Below, one piece after another: positions 37,443-48,964 of a DNA stretch of 64,000 nt. How positions within the stretch are numbered: position 1 is the stretch's first letter; the number at the start of each line of letters is the position of its first letter. The notes beneath the pieces were generated by a model that saw only the letters and a program-made list of their open reading frames with translations, made no database searches and was not told the origin of the DNA. This stretch comes from Isurus oxyrinchus (Eukaryota), in contig JANJGN010000026.1 of the NCBI GenBank assembly GCA_026770705.1, forward strand, positions 34,906,001-34,970,000, in the 5' to 3' direction. The position numbers were made by a program, and so were the translations under genes.

Positions 37443-37780
37443 TGTATTTGTACAGATGTCTCCATGCTCTGTATCACCGCGCTATGCGTCGACTCAGTGC
37501 ACAGTAATACACAGTGGAGTCACTCAGTTGTGGTTTGGAGATCATTAACTGGTTACTTTTCTCGGCCGAATTGATAGAAGCAGAAATTTTCCCCTGGCAG
37601 CGTTTTCTTTCTTCTCCTCTCCTGAAATGTGTCGCTCAAGCAGGTATTCCTGTCCTGGAGATTGACAGTACCAGTGTACTGTGTACTGACAGAACCCTGA
37701 GTATTCACAGTTTAAAGTAACGGGGTCACCGGCAGCAGAGGCTTGGAAATGCGGACTCTGGGATACCAGAGAACTGGAAT
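37443..37780 (-). pseudogene. Leaderless supporting TCR-delta V, cassette 2 (exon 37482-37780; RSS cgcggtg-23-acaaataca at 37443-37481)
   Basis: DSSSLVSQSPHFQASAAGDPVTLNCEYSGFCQYTVHWY..., a 1-nt frameshift, then ISASINSAEK...DSTVYYCALSRR. CDR1 Cys retained. Confidence 0.9.
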
Positions 37781-40479
37781 CTGTAGGGTCAAAAATAAAC
37801 ATTATTTGTCGGCGTAACCACTGTTTGCCCGGGGGAATTTGTTAATAGCTCTTGATTTTGCGGTTTTCTTCACTTGGTGCCTGTTCGAACTGTATTCACG
37901 GTTATTAAATGTGGTCAAGATGATACATGAGGATGATAATTTATTTTGCAGAGCAAGTTATTCACATCTGGAATGCACGGTGAAAATGTGTGATAGGAGC
38001 AGATTCAACAGTAACTTTCAAAAGGATGATGGATCTGTGCTGGAACAGGGATAAATGCATGTCTACGGGGAAAATGTCTGGTTAACGGGGACAATTGGAT
38101 TGCACTTTTAAAGGGGCAGCCAATGCACAAGTGCCTGAATGTCATCCTTCCGTGTTGGATGTTTCTGTGATGTATATTAAATTTCTGTTTGTATTTTCTT
38201 TGGTGAGAGACAAACCCGAAGGAATGTCTTATTATCAATGACGTAATCAATTACCAAAAATAGTTAATCGGTAGCGACACAGCTGCGTTGCATCACTGCA
38301 CACAGCAAGATCCAACAAAAAGCGATGAGCTTAATGATCCGATTGGGCCAAACTGATAGTGAACATCAATGGTCAAAGGTCAATTATTTACTGCAGTTTA
38401 ACACTGCTCTGGAGTTTCAATCTGCCGTTCCTTCCATTTCCCTATTTTCATCCATCAACAGGGTCTAATTTATTCCATTTCCATTTAACTTGACATCTTT
38501 ACATTCAGTTCCCCTTCATTTTTACATTTCCATTGTGCTGTTCGCGCTTCTTACAATCGTGGGAACTTGTCCCAAAGTCTCTCAGTTGTCGGTTTGTTTC
38601 AGTCTGTTCAGTTTCCACAGTGGTTTTACTGTTACTCACTGGGAACTGCTTCTTCCGGCTCTCTGACAATTTAAGTTCTTTCCGCCCATTGACTGATTCT
38701 GTCCCGGGTGCTCTGGGCAGAGATTTCACTAGGTTTTACATTGTACAGGATATGCAGAAGATGAAAACGCTATTCGGTCCAACTGAGTAATGGTGAAATG
38801 ATGATTCCAGCAAGCAATGTTTGATTTCCAGGTCTGGATAATTCAGAGTTTCCAGTTCCAGTGATAAAACATGAAGCCACACTCAGAGGGACAATGAAAT
38901 GGGTGTGGACACTGTGTTTGGGACATGGTTTAAAGTTTACACTCACTGCCTTGGTGAAATCTTGTCATTGTGTATAAACTGCCCTGGATCAAACAACACG
39001 TTCTGTTGAAATAAGCCTTGCTCCTGGAAACTGAAGGGGAGTAGGACATGTGGCTGCTGAATAATCCAGGCAGCTACCCAAAGGGCAGAAAATGGCCTAG
39101 GAACGACTTCAGGAGCACAGGCCTCACACGGTTTCGGCCGAACGTACATCACTCAAACGTGGTCGATTGTTGAATCGACCTTTGAGTAGCTCCCGATGAG
39201 CTGCCGCTGATCCCCGATGTGCAATCGGAGACATAAACCTCATCTGATTCATCGGAAAAGAAAAGAAAGATCTACAAAGACCTTTCTGCTTCATACACAA
39301 GTTTTGCACGTTAAATATTGTCCAAATTCTTTCCGATTTTGAATACTACTGCCCTGAAACAGCGCAGAACAGCGCATGACATAAACATGTTTTGCCTCAG
39401 ATCTACCACAAATACAATTTGTATTTTAAAACACATTTAACCAAATGAGATGTCCCTTCAGCAGGTAGTGGCAGTGATCTGCGTGCAACATGAATTCTGA
39501 GAGGCCGATGTGGCCGATTACACGAGTCATCGTCTGCAATGTGGGAACACTGATACATATTGCTATCATTATTACTAATACTCAGATTGTGGTAGCTTAA
39601 ATTTAGGAGACCAAGGTTCTGTAAAAGTAATCGTACGGTGAAGGATTAATTGAATGATTTTCAATCAGTATTTGTTTGCAAAACAAGAACATAATTTCTT
39701 CTATCAACAGGTTTCATTTTTCTCCTTTACCTGTATTTTTATATATTTACATTTAGTTTCATTTTATTTTTCCATTTCCTTTGTACTGTTTGCACATCTT
39801 GCATGGGAAGGTAGCAATCGTGGGAACTTGTCCCAAATATTTTCAGTTGTCGGTTGGATTCAGTCTGTTCAGTTTCTGCAGTGGTTTTACAGTTACTTAC
39901 TGGGAACTGCCTCGTCCGCCCTTCGGACAATTTCTTCCGCCCATTGACTGATTGACGGGCTGTCTGATTGGAGTTTTCCCTAAGTTTTACTTTACACAGA
40001 ATCTGCCTGAAGAGGAATAATCCATTCGGCTCAAATGATTTATCCCTGTGTATTTACTGCAGACCAGCCCCCATCTGCCTGAAATCTAATTGTCAATTTC
40101 TAGTCAGCTCCCTGTGCCAGTCTGTTCCGTTCTCCCTTCTGTATTTTCAAGTATTCCCATAATTGTATCAATACTATTTGCTCCAACCACTCCCTGAGCA
40201 GCAAGTTCCACATTTTGATCTGCCTGTTTTTACACATCTTTTTCATCGTGTCTTTATTTGTTCTGTTTTTGACTATCTTATGTTAATGGCACTAGCTTCA
40301 CCCACAAATAAACGGCTATTCCACAAATACTCCAATGAACCCGTCCATTGCTTAAACAATTTCTATGAATTCTCCTCCTATTTCTCTGTTCTCCAGATAC
40401 AAGAGACCCGGCCTGTTCAACCTCTGCACAAAGAGGTGGATTGTTCCTGATTTCTTTTCTCAGAGGTGTAACAGATCAA

Positions 40480-41020
40480 AGCAGTTAATATAACAAACAG
40501 AAGCACGAGCGACCATGTTACCTTTCAAAAATTTTCCGCCATTCAGTAATAGCCTGACTCATTCTCGATCTCAACATCGCTTTGGCGCAATGTCCCCATA
40601 TCCATTGATTCTTTTAGCATCCCAAAATTCATTGAACACTTCCTTTAATACACTCAACTACAGCTCCCTGAGGTAGAGAATGTCACAGATTCACAACAAT
40701 GATTTCACTGAATAAATTTCTCTTCTTCTCATTTCTCATGGCCGAATACTTACTCTGAAACTGTAACTCGTAGTTATGGACTTAACACCCTGGGGAAATA
40801 CCCACCAAGAATCTATACTGTCCTGGAAGTTAAATGTTCCAATGAAATTACATGTCATTCCTCTAAACTCTTGGGAACATAGGCCCAGGCTACTCAACCT
40901 CCTCTTACAGGACAATCCCTTTATCTCACGAATCAGGCTGATGAACCTTTGTTGCACTAGCTCCAAGACAAGGAGGTCCTTCCTTAAGTAAAGAGATCAT
41001 AACTTTACACAACATTCCAA
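40480..41020 (-). mobile_element. CR1-type LINE 3' fragment
   Basis: ELVQQRFISLIREIKGLSCKRRLSSLGLCSQEFR. Confidence 0.75.
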
Positions 41021-41928
41021 ACTGGAGTCCATTTCAGTCATTCCTCCATGCACCTCACCAACTAACATGGGCTCGGATTGTAATTTGAATGGGCCAGAGA
41101 TCCTCCAATCCTTCTCTCTCTTTCGATTAATTATTTCTTACTGCTTCGAAATGAACATTCCCCCAGATTGTCAATGTTTCTTAAGGTCCCTGTTCTCCTT
41201 TATAAGATTAATACACAATCCTCAGTCTCTCAGTGCGCTGTGCTGTTTTAATTAACAGTAATCAGGGACACAGATAAATTACAGCAATCCCATTTCTCAA
41301 ACATTTACATTCAATATAGAGAAATGTCTGCAATTCCAAACCTGCACATCTGACAGCGGAAAAGGAGGAAATTGATTGGTTATATGATGGCAATTGAGAG
41401 AAGTGGCGGGGTCAATATCACTAATTTTAGTCACTGGTTGCCCAATCATAAAATTCCATCTGGACCCACATCAGGGTCTTATATCTGAAGTCCCTTGTGT
41501 CACTCTCCCATTTCTCTCCTGCGTCAGGTATTGAACGAGCCGCTGCAGGTATATGAACTGGCCATAGTTGTGTTGAGTTTATTCACTCGGTACCTCATTC
41601 ACATTGCTCAGGTCGGACTGCAATCTGCTGCCCAGTAGAGAGATCTATGACCTCGCTTCCGGGCTCTAAGGGACAGACAGAGAGCCCTCGGTCACAGTTA
41701 ACACCAGGAGTGGAGTCCGGATTGTCGACAATCTGCTCTCATTAAAAACGATTCAGAGTGTGAGTGTCCGTGATGTTGATGTTGTCCCCGATGTGCCCAT
41801 TAAACCAATAATGGTCCAGATTCTGTCAACTCCCACATCTCACCCAAACTCCACTGATATCAATAATAAACTGACGGTGAACATTACCCGAGACAGGCTG
41901 TAACCCGGCGGGGTTTGGAGTCACTTAC

Positions 41929-42020
41929 CGGCTGTGACAGTCACCACCGTCCCGGATCCATCCACATAATCTTATTTTCAGCACAGTGATCCCGCTCTCA
42001 GTCTCTCCGGTACAACAATC
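41929..42020 (-). other. NAR-TCR J segment (coding 41929-41981), intact-looking, with 23-RSS (41982-42020)
   Basis: gattgttgt-23-cactgtg, then DYVDGSGTVVTVTA + g|gtaagt. Confidence 0.9.
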
Positions 42021-42333
42021 ATTGACACCTCAAACTGCAGGGAAATCATCATCAGACAGTAGAAACTGCCCAGTTATTGAGCGGATTAAAATAAGTGTAA
42101 AATATTCAATGTTTCGAAGCTTCTGTCGGTTCAAACTGTTCTTTGTGAGGCCCTGAGCTCTGAGTAAATGGCCCCGGGAAGGAGATGTTTGCTTCATATA
42201 AACCGAGAAATTATCAAAGAAAGATAACTGAATGGTGGAAATTACAAGAAATATAACCAGATTACAGTGATAATAACATCAACCCGACAATTTCCTATCC
42301 GGGCCCAGAGAATTTAAACAGTGATCATACAGA

Positions 42334-42844
42334 GATATTTGATCCGGTCTGCCCCACTCTGACTGTACCGCATGCTGTACATATACAGAGCATTACAGTA
42401 ATAGGTGGTGCTGTTTCCAACTCTCAGATCCCTAATTTCCAGCGAAAATGTATTTTCTGCTTTATTCACCGACACAACAAATCTCCCCTCGCTGGAGATC
42501 CGCTCCCGGTCTGGGTTTGTCTGAAGAAATCCCCACCCGTCAAAGGACGAGAGAAAAAGCCACCATAGAAAACGCAGGTGATGGTGAGAGACTGACGCTC
42601 CTTCCTGGTCACCGCTGCCGGGGTCTGTACCACTGACTGACTGAAAGACCCTGAAAATTAAACAGAGAGAGTTTAATGGACCATCAGAGCCGAACCACAG
42701 AGCGGGGTCAAAACTCCGGACATTGTCTGGAATTGGGATGGACTCGGGCAGCTTTGTATTAAACAAACACAATGTCGGTTTGCTTGATCGGTACTCACGG
42801 GGTAAACAGACACACAGGGTGAAAAGAAAGAGAATTCCAATCGT
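42334..42844 (-). pseudogene. NAR-TCR V(D) segment, cassette 2: leader 42799-42844 (ATG lost), V-D exon 42362-42650, followed directly by the D-type 12-RSS (42334-42361)
   Basis: SVVQTPAAVTRKERQSLTITCVFYGGFFSRPLTGGDFFRQTQTG, a 10-nt deletion, then ISSEGRFVVSVNKAENTFSLEIRDLRVGNSTTYYCNALYMYSMRYS + cagagtg-12-tcaaatatc. Confidence 0.9.
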
Positions 42845-44159
42845 TCTGCTGCCTGGAGCTGAGGGTTTATATGACGGGGAGCTGGAGACTGTCGGCCCGG
42901 ACTGCACTGGGAGACAGGACCTCAGAGCTGGACCAAAATATTTAAGTGGGTGCTGAGTTGATTTGCACAGGACAGTTCCGCTCTGATCATTGACGGGCCG
43001 CACGGTTCCCGGGTCGCTGGCTAAGTCTGTGACTAAGAGACAGGTTTATAAAAGGAGACTGCAATTTTTTGACTCTTCATTTGGATTGTGATCCGGATGT
43101 GAAAAGTCCTCCTGCAATATTCTGGGGTACAGAGGTGGGGGAGGGGAGCTTTTCTTTCTGCTAGTTACGCTGCCGCCTTCAAATCCCCGCAATAATGAAC
43201 TGGGAGGTCGGTGCGTGTGTTTGTATCGGGTGGTTTTTGAGAGATGGCGCTTCCCGTCAGTCCCTCAGCCTGACCAGTAAAGCCAATGAGTTCGAGGGGC
43301 TGAACGGTGACCCGGCACTACACCAAGGAGGCAGGAACACCCGGGAGACTTCAATCCAACGAACCTTCAGTTAATCCCACACAAATGGGTTTGCAAGACA
43401 GCATTACCTGGCGCATTCATATGCAGCACTTTAGTGCGACATCTGTCACTTCATCAGCTGCATCAAGGGGCTTTGGACACAAATCTAAATATTCACTCAA
43501 ACACAAATGACAGGTCTGTGAAACATACAAATGCAGCACAAAGGAGCCACCCTCAGTCATAGAAACACATGTGGATTTTATTTTGATCCATCATCTGGTC
43601 CAACAAATTTGCCTCATATTTCCTTTCCATTCCCGTGCAGTTTTTCTCTACAGCGCTGTCCCCATGGCCTCTGATCACGATGAAACTACATTTATTGATT
43701 GACTTTAAGTCCGATATAAATGCGAAAACTCCAAAGCAACTTTCACGACGCCTGGAGGTGTTTAGGCGTCAGTGCTTGCTCACCGATTTGTCCTATTCTG
43801 TCTTCACTCCCAATTTAACGTATTTATTTCCACGTGTTTTACTGCGGTGGGAGTGTTTACTTCGAGGAGAGATTTACCCAGCAGAGAGACATCAAGGCAA
43901 AGGGACAGACAAGCTAAGAAGGTCAGAGCGAGGGAGGGGGAACCACCCAGTGAATTAAACTATCCGCAGCTCACATTCATTGGTGCGTTGCTGTCATCAG
44001 CTCGGACAGACAAGTGAATCTTCTCCTTGGGAAACGCCCCTCTCTGCCTCAATAAGTGGAGCCCGATCCTGTTCTGGGTTTCACTTTAATATCAGACTAG
44101 AGGGACCAACATATTAAGAAGAACCTGTGATTTTTTTGTCGAGCTCGAAACCAGATACC

Positions 44160-44625
44160 ATGAGCTCACCATGTCCCTTACTCCCAATAATTGCCTTGCT
44201 GCCTGGTAAGTCTATGTCTACATAGTCACTGTGTTTACGGGGTTGTATTTCCTCGCCAGCTTTGAACCATTCTGTATATGTGTTACAGGGTCGAATGGCA
44301 CAGATTCAATGTCCCAGGATCCGTCTGCATTAATGATAATGGAAGTACAGAGCATAATACTGGGCTGCAGTTACTCGCCTGCCGGCCCTGTCACAACTCT
44401 GTTCTGGCATGTCCAGTATCCCGGGGAAGCTGCGAGACATTTACTGAAGCTTGGGGAATGAAGAAAGGCTTCCAAGCTAACCAGACAGATTTTCTGGTTA
44501 TTTCCACAAAGGAAATATAGCGTCTCCTTTAAATATCGCCGGGGAACTTCTCTCCGAAAGCGCCGTGTATTTCTGTGCCCTGGAGCTCAGTGCTGCGGAG
44601 ATATTGCCGATCCCGTGCTGAAACC
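44160..44625 (+). pseudogene. TCR alpha-like V pseudogene (leader 44160-44205, V exon 44289-44585, RSS ctcagtg-24-gctgaaacc 44586-44625)
   Basis: MSSPCPLLPIIALLP|GSNGTDSMSQDPSALMIMEVQSIILGCSYSPAGPVTTLFWHVQYPGEAARHLLKLGE*...ESAVYFCALE. Confidence 0.88.
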
Positions 44626-44648
44626 TCACTGAGAGGTACAGTTAGTGC

Positions 44649-44662
44649 CCACCAGAGGGCGC
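44649..44662 (+). promoter_or_regulatory. CTCF-motif-like site just downstream of V RSS
   Basis: ccaccagagggcgc, 23 nt after the nonamer. Confidence 0.65.
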
Positions 44663-44864
44663 TCTCACACCGATAAACATAAGCAATAAAGCAGCCGCCA
44701 CAGTGAGGGCCACAGAAAGAGTCAAAACACATCAAACACGAAGAGCTGAGGAACACTTGCGCAATTATATTAATCAATTTCAACTCACGTATGTACCATA
44801 ATCGACATTCCTAAATCGATTTGATCGCTTTCATATATTTATTGCCGTTTGACACAGTTTCAGT

Positions 44865-45075
44865 GCCTGTTTGAGATATTGAACAACCAGATGATCGGCT
44901 GAAGCCTCGTCCACGCACAGGACACGTGTGCGGTTTCTCTCTGCTGTGAATGGTGCTTTCTCCTTCCATGTTCAAAATCCGATGATATTCAGGTTACGAT
45001 AAATTGGGTAACTCTTGACAGATCCTGATGTGATGCTTGGTTTGAGTTTCCGGACTCGAAATCCTACCCGTCTAA
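44865..45075 (-). pseudogene. Truncated C2H2 zinc-finger gene exon
   Basis: MEGESTIHSREKPHTCPVRGRGFSRSS from ATG at 44969; paralogous to 54786-55212. Confidence 0.7.
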
Positions 45076-45519
45076 AAACCTGTCAAAATGTTTTAAAATA
45101 GAAAAAAGTGAGAGAGACCCCACAAAAACACAAAGACAGGTTGTGAAATTGAGCTGAATGAATCTGGTGATTTGTGGGGCCGACACTAGGAAAAAGTGAC
45201 CATGAAAACTGCTGGACTGTCGTAAAACCCCAACTGGTTCACTAATGCGCTTCAGGGAAGGAAACATGCCACCCAGTCTGGTCCTATACAAGACTCTGGA
45301 ATATGGGGGGAATAAGAGTGAAAGAGAGCTGGGAGCAGAAGCAGAGAACGAGAGGAATATTATTTATATTTGTGCAAATCGACCAGAACTTTGACAGAAT
45401 CTCATGAATCCTCAATCTCCACCACCTAGAAGGACCAGGGTAGCAGGTGTATGTGAACACCATCACCTCCAGGTTCTCCTGCAAGTCACACACATCCTGA
45501 CCTGCCCAACACCCAGCAC

Positions 45520-45970
45520 TGGATGAGGAGAATTTTCCTCCATTTAAATATTGAGAAGGCTGAAGCCGTTGACTTCAGTCCCCAGTACAAACTCCACTCC
45601 CTAGGCACCGACTCCAGCCCCCTCCCTGTCAATTGCCTGAGGCTGAAGGAGATCCTTCAAAACATTGGTGTCATATTTGACCCCAAGACAAGCTCCACCC
45701 ACATACCTGCATCATCATGAAGACTGGATTCCACCTTAGTAACATCGCCAGAATCCACCCCAGTCTCAGCTCATCTGCTGCTGAAACTATCATCCATTCC
45801 TTTGTTCCCTCTGATATGTCTGGACTCTACTTCTGACTTCCTGACAATTCCTGATTTCATTTGCTCCACATTTGGTACCTGTAGCTGCCAAGGCCATAAA
45901 CTCTGGGAATTCATTACTAATCCTGTCCACCTCTCTATCTTCCTTTCCTCCTTTAAGATACTCCTTTAAA
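45520..45970 (+). mobile_element. L2-like LINE fragment (also 50170-50690 + and 53450-54300 -)
   Basis: FLHLNIEKAEA..., AETIIHSFV; other copies have VIQNSAAHVLT. Confidence 0.6.
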
Positions 45971-46534
45971 AAGACCTCTGCTTCCGGTACCCCATGAGTT
46001 CATAGAAACAATCACTATCAGTCCAGGATGGAAATTCAGAGGAGACAAATATTTTCTTGCTTTGAGTTTGCTGTGCATAAATCCTCCCCTTCTAACCCCC
46101 TGTAAAAGGAGTTTCCAAAATCCATCCCAGCATAGAAATTCACAGCATTCTCTCCTCCTCCTTCCTGGTCCAGGATGACCTCACATGTGTCCTCTGCACA
46201 TTGTCCCTCGTTGTCATCAGCAGTCCCTCGATTAGAGGGTGATGTCTACTCAGGGTTGTGAGTTTCTGCCATTGGTCTTCATGTGACTGAACAGACACGC
46301 AGATCTTTGGACACATGGGGCAGGTCATCTATGAGGTAGTGAGATCAGGAGAGCAGGATTTTCTTCCTTTGCTTGCCTTCTCTGCTGCTGCTTTGCCTCA
46401 TCAATAAGACATTATTGATCAGCTCAAAGGTTAATACAGCTTGATGGACAAGTTGTCATCATTTTGAACAATGGGTAACAAGCTCCTCCCAGTCATTACA
46501 ACATTGCCCCCTACAAAGATGCTGCTCATGCACG

Positions 46535-46855
46535 TGGCCATTGTGGTGGCATAGTGGCATTGTGATGTACTCGTATTCAAGAGACCCAGGGTAATGCTCT
46601 GGGGACGTGGGTTCAATCCCCACCACAGTAGATGGTGAAATTTGAATTCAATAAAAATCTGGAATTAAAAATCTAAAGATGACCATGAAACCATTGTCGA
46701 TTGTTATAAAAATCCTTACCTGGTCTGGCCTATCTGTGACCCCAGACCCTGCAGCAATGTGATGATTCTTAACTGCCCTCTGAACAAGGACATTTAGGAA
46801 TGGCCAGTAACTGCTGGCCCAGCCACTGACACCCACATCCCAGGAATGAATAAAA
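46535..46855 (+). mobile_element. tRNA-derived SINE with LINE-like 3' tail (other copies ~5280-5540, 24150-24360, 48190-48420, 60930-61270)
   Basis: A/B-box-like head (tggcatagtgg; gggttcaatccc), body gatgaccatgaaaccattgtcgattg, tail gctggcccagcc...cccacatccca. Confidence 0.75.
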
Positions 46856-46899
46856 AACGATGGGGCCTTTAGCCTGAGCTGAACACGGCTGCGGGTTTA

Positions 46900-47140
46900 C
46901 ACAACATGTCTCTGTCCATCGCTCGCTCCGCCCTGCCATCCCCCCCCGCCTTCACCCATTGTAGACCTCCCTTATCCGCACTGAACATGCTTCAGTCAGC
47001 CCGGCCTCCTCATTGGTTGCAGGGCCAGCCTCTCGCGTGCACGTGTCCCCCAGTCCCGCCCCCTTTTCCTATTGGTCCGGAGCAACGGTCAATTGTGACG
47101 GTTTCAGACGCTGAAAGCGGCCACAGACTCAGCCTGACTT
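46900..47140 (-). promoter_or_regulatory. GC/CCAAT-box promoter-like island, probably of the minus-strand ZNF remnant
   Basis: cccgcccc and two attgg elements; resembles 51240-51380 inverted. Confidence 0.5.
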
Positions 47141-47248
47141 GCTGACTTGGCAGCATTTTCTGTTTGGGAATTAGAGCTAGAGATGGATGGTCAGTTCCCC
47201 TCTGTCCGGGGAAGGGGGGGGGGGGGGGTGGGGGGAGGATTCACACTC

Positions 47249-47319
47249 ATTTCCCCAGTGCAGTGATTATCACATTTACTTTACATGAGAGAGACCCAGG
47301 TTCAATCCCGGCCGAAACT
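47249..47319 (+). pseudogene. tRNA-Val(TAC)-like pseudogene
   Basis: tttcc..agtgcagtgattatcac...ctttaca...ggttcaatccc; stems disrupted. Confidence 0.55.
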
Positions 47320-48964
47320 TTGTGTTTAAAATTATTACCGATGAGGAATTAACAATTAGTTTAGTTTCATGTCGAACAAGGTGACAATTACTAAAACAAA
47401 AACAAAAATACCTGGAAAAACTCAGCAGGTCTGGCAGCATTTGTGGAGAGGAGCACAGTTAATGTTTCGAGTCCCAATGACCCTTCAAGACAATTACTGC
47501 TGTCTCGTTCTTTAAAAGCTCTTCTTCACCTTTATACAGGTAACAATAAGTGAGAGAAAGCACAGTGACCCCAAAAAAAGATACTGCAGATGCTAGAAAT
47601 CCAACCTCAAAACAGAAAATGTTGGAAATACTCAGCAGGTCAAGCAGTATCTATGGAGAGGTAAACAGAGTGAATGTTTCACATCGGTGACCCTTTATCC
47701 AAACAGGAAAGAGTGAAAGATTTAATACTTTTCCAGCAAATATAGGGTCAGGTAAAAGAGAGGGGGAGAGGAGGAAAGAACAAACGGTCTGCGACAGGAT
47801 GGAAGACTGAGTAAATGATCAAGGGGATGATGATTCAAAGCAAAATTGAAGACTGCGGTTGAGTACAATTCTGCTGCTGCTGATGGCTCACAGCACCTCA
47901 TGGTTGCCTGATCTGTTTGAGATCTAGGGTTGTAGTACCAGACAACACAATGGAGGGTATCCTCAATGTGAAGAGGAGACTTTGTCTCCACAAGATCTAT
48001 GGTTCCGTGAATATGAGTATGTCAGGCTGTTGCTTAACTCTGCTGTGAGACAGCTCTCTCATTCTTGGCACCAGCCTGCAGATGACTTCATTGGGTTGAC
48101 AGGGCTGAGTTTGCCTTTGTCGCTTCTGGTGCCTGGGCCGATGCCGGGTGGTCTGGTTTCATTCCTTAATCATTTTCCGGTCATGGTTTGATACAACTGA
48201 GGGCATTTCAGTGTCAACCACATTCTTGTGGGTCGGGAGTCACATGTAGGCCAGACCAGGTAAGGATGGCAGATTTCCTCCCCTAAAGGACATTAGTGAA
48301 CTAGATGGGCTTTTATGACTATCGACAATGGTTTTGTTGCCAACATTAGACTTTTCATTGAAATTTAATTCCACCATCTGTCTTGTAAACTTTATTTTTC
48401 ACTCCTGGGCTTCGCTGGCTGGGCCAGAATTTATTCCCCATTCCTAGTTTCCCTTGAGAAGATGGGGTGAGCTGCCTTCTTGAACCGCTGCAGTCCATGT
48501 GGTGTAGGTACACCCACAGTGCTGTTACGAAGGGAGTTCCAGGATTTTGACCCAGTGACAGTGAAGAAACGGCAATATATTTCCAAGTCAGGATGGTGAT
48601 TTACTTGGAGGGGAACCTACAGGTGGTGGTGTTCCCATCTATCTGCTGCCCTTGTCCTCCTAGGTAGTTGTGGGTTTGGAAGGTGCTGTGTAAGGTGTCT
48701 TGGTGAAAGCCTGATGTTTTGGCGGGATTTGAACCTGGGTCCCTCAAGCATTACCCTGATCTCTGGATTACTTGTCCAGTAACAATACCACTATGCCAAT
48801 GTCTCCCCGATAACTGAAACCATTGTCTTCAGTCCCTTCTCCACTCCACAGCCACTGACTCCATCATCTCCCCAGCAACTGTCTGAGGCTGAATCAGACT
48901 TTTCACAACATCGGTGTCATGTTTAACCCCAAACTCATCTTCAAACCACATATCCGCATCATGC

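Noticed and set aside
42314-43003. 229-aa minus ORF as a protein gene
   Set aside because: Reads through promoter, leader and intron of the NAR-TCR pseudogene; only the last part is in the V frame.
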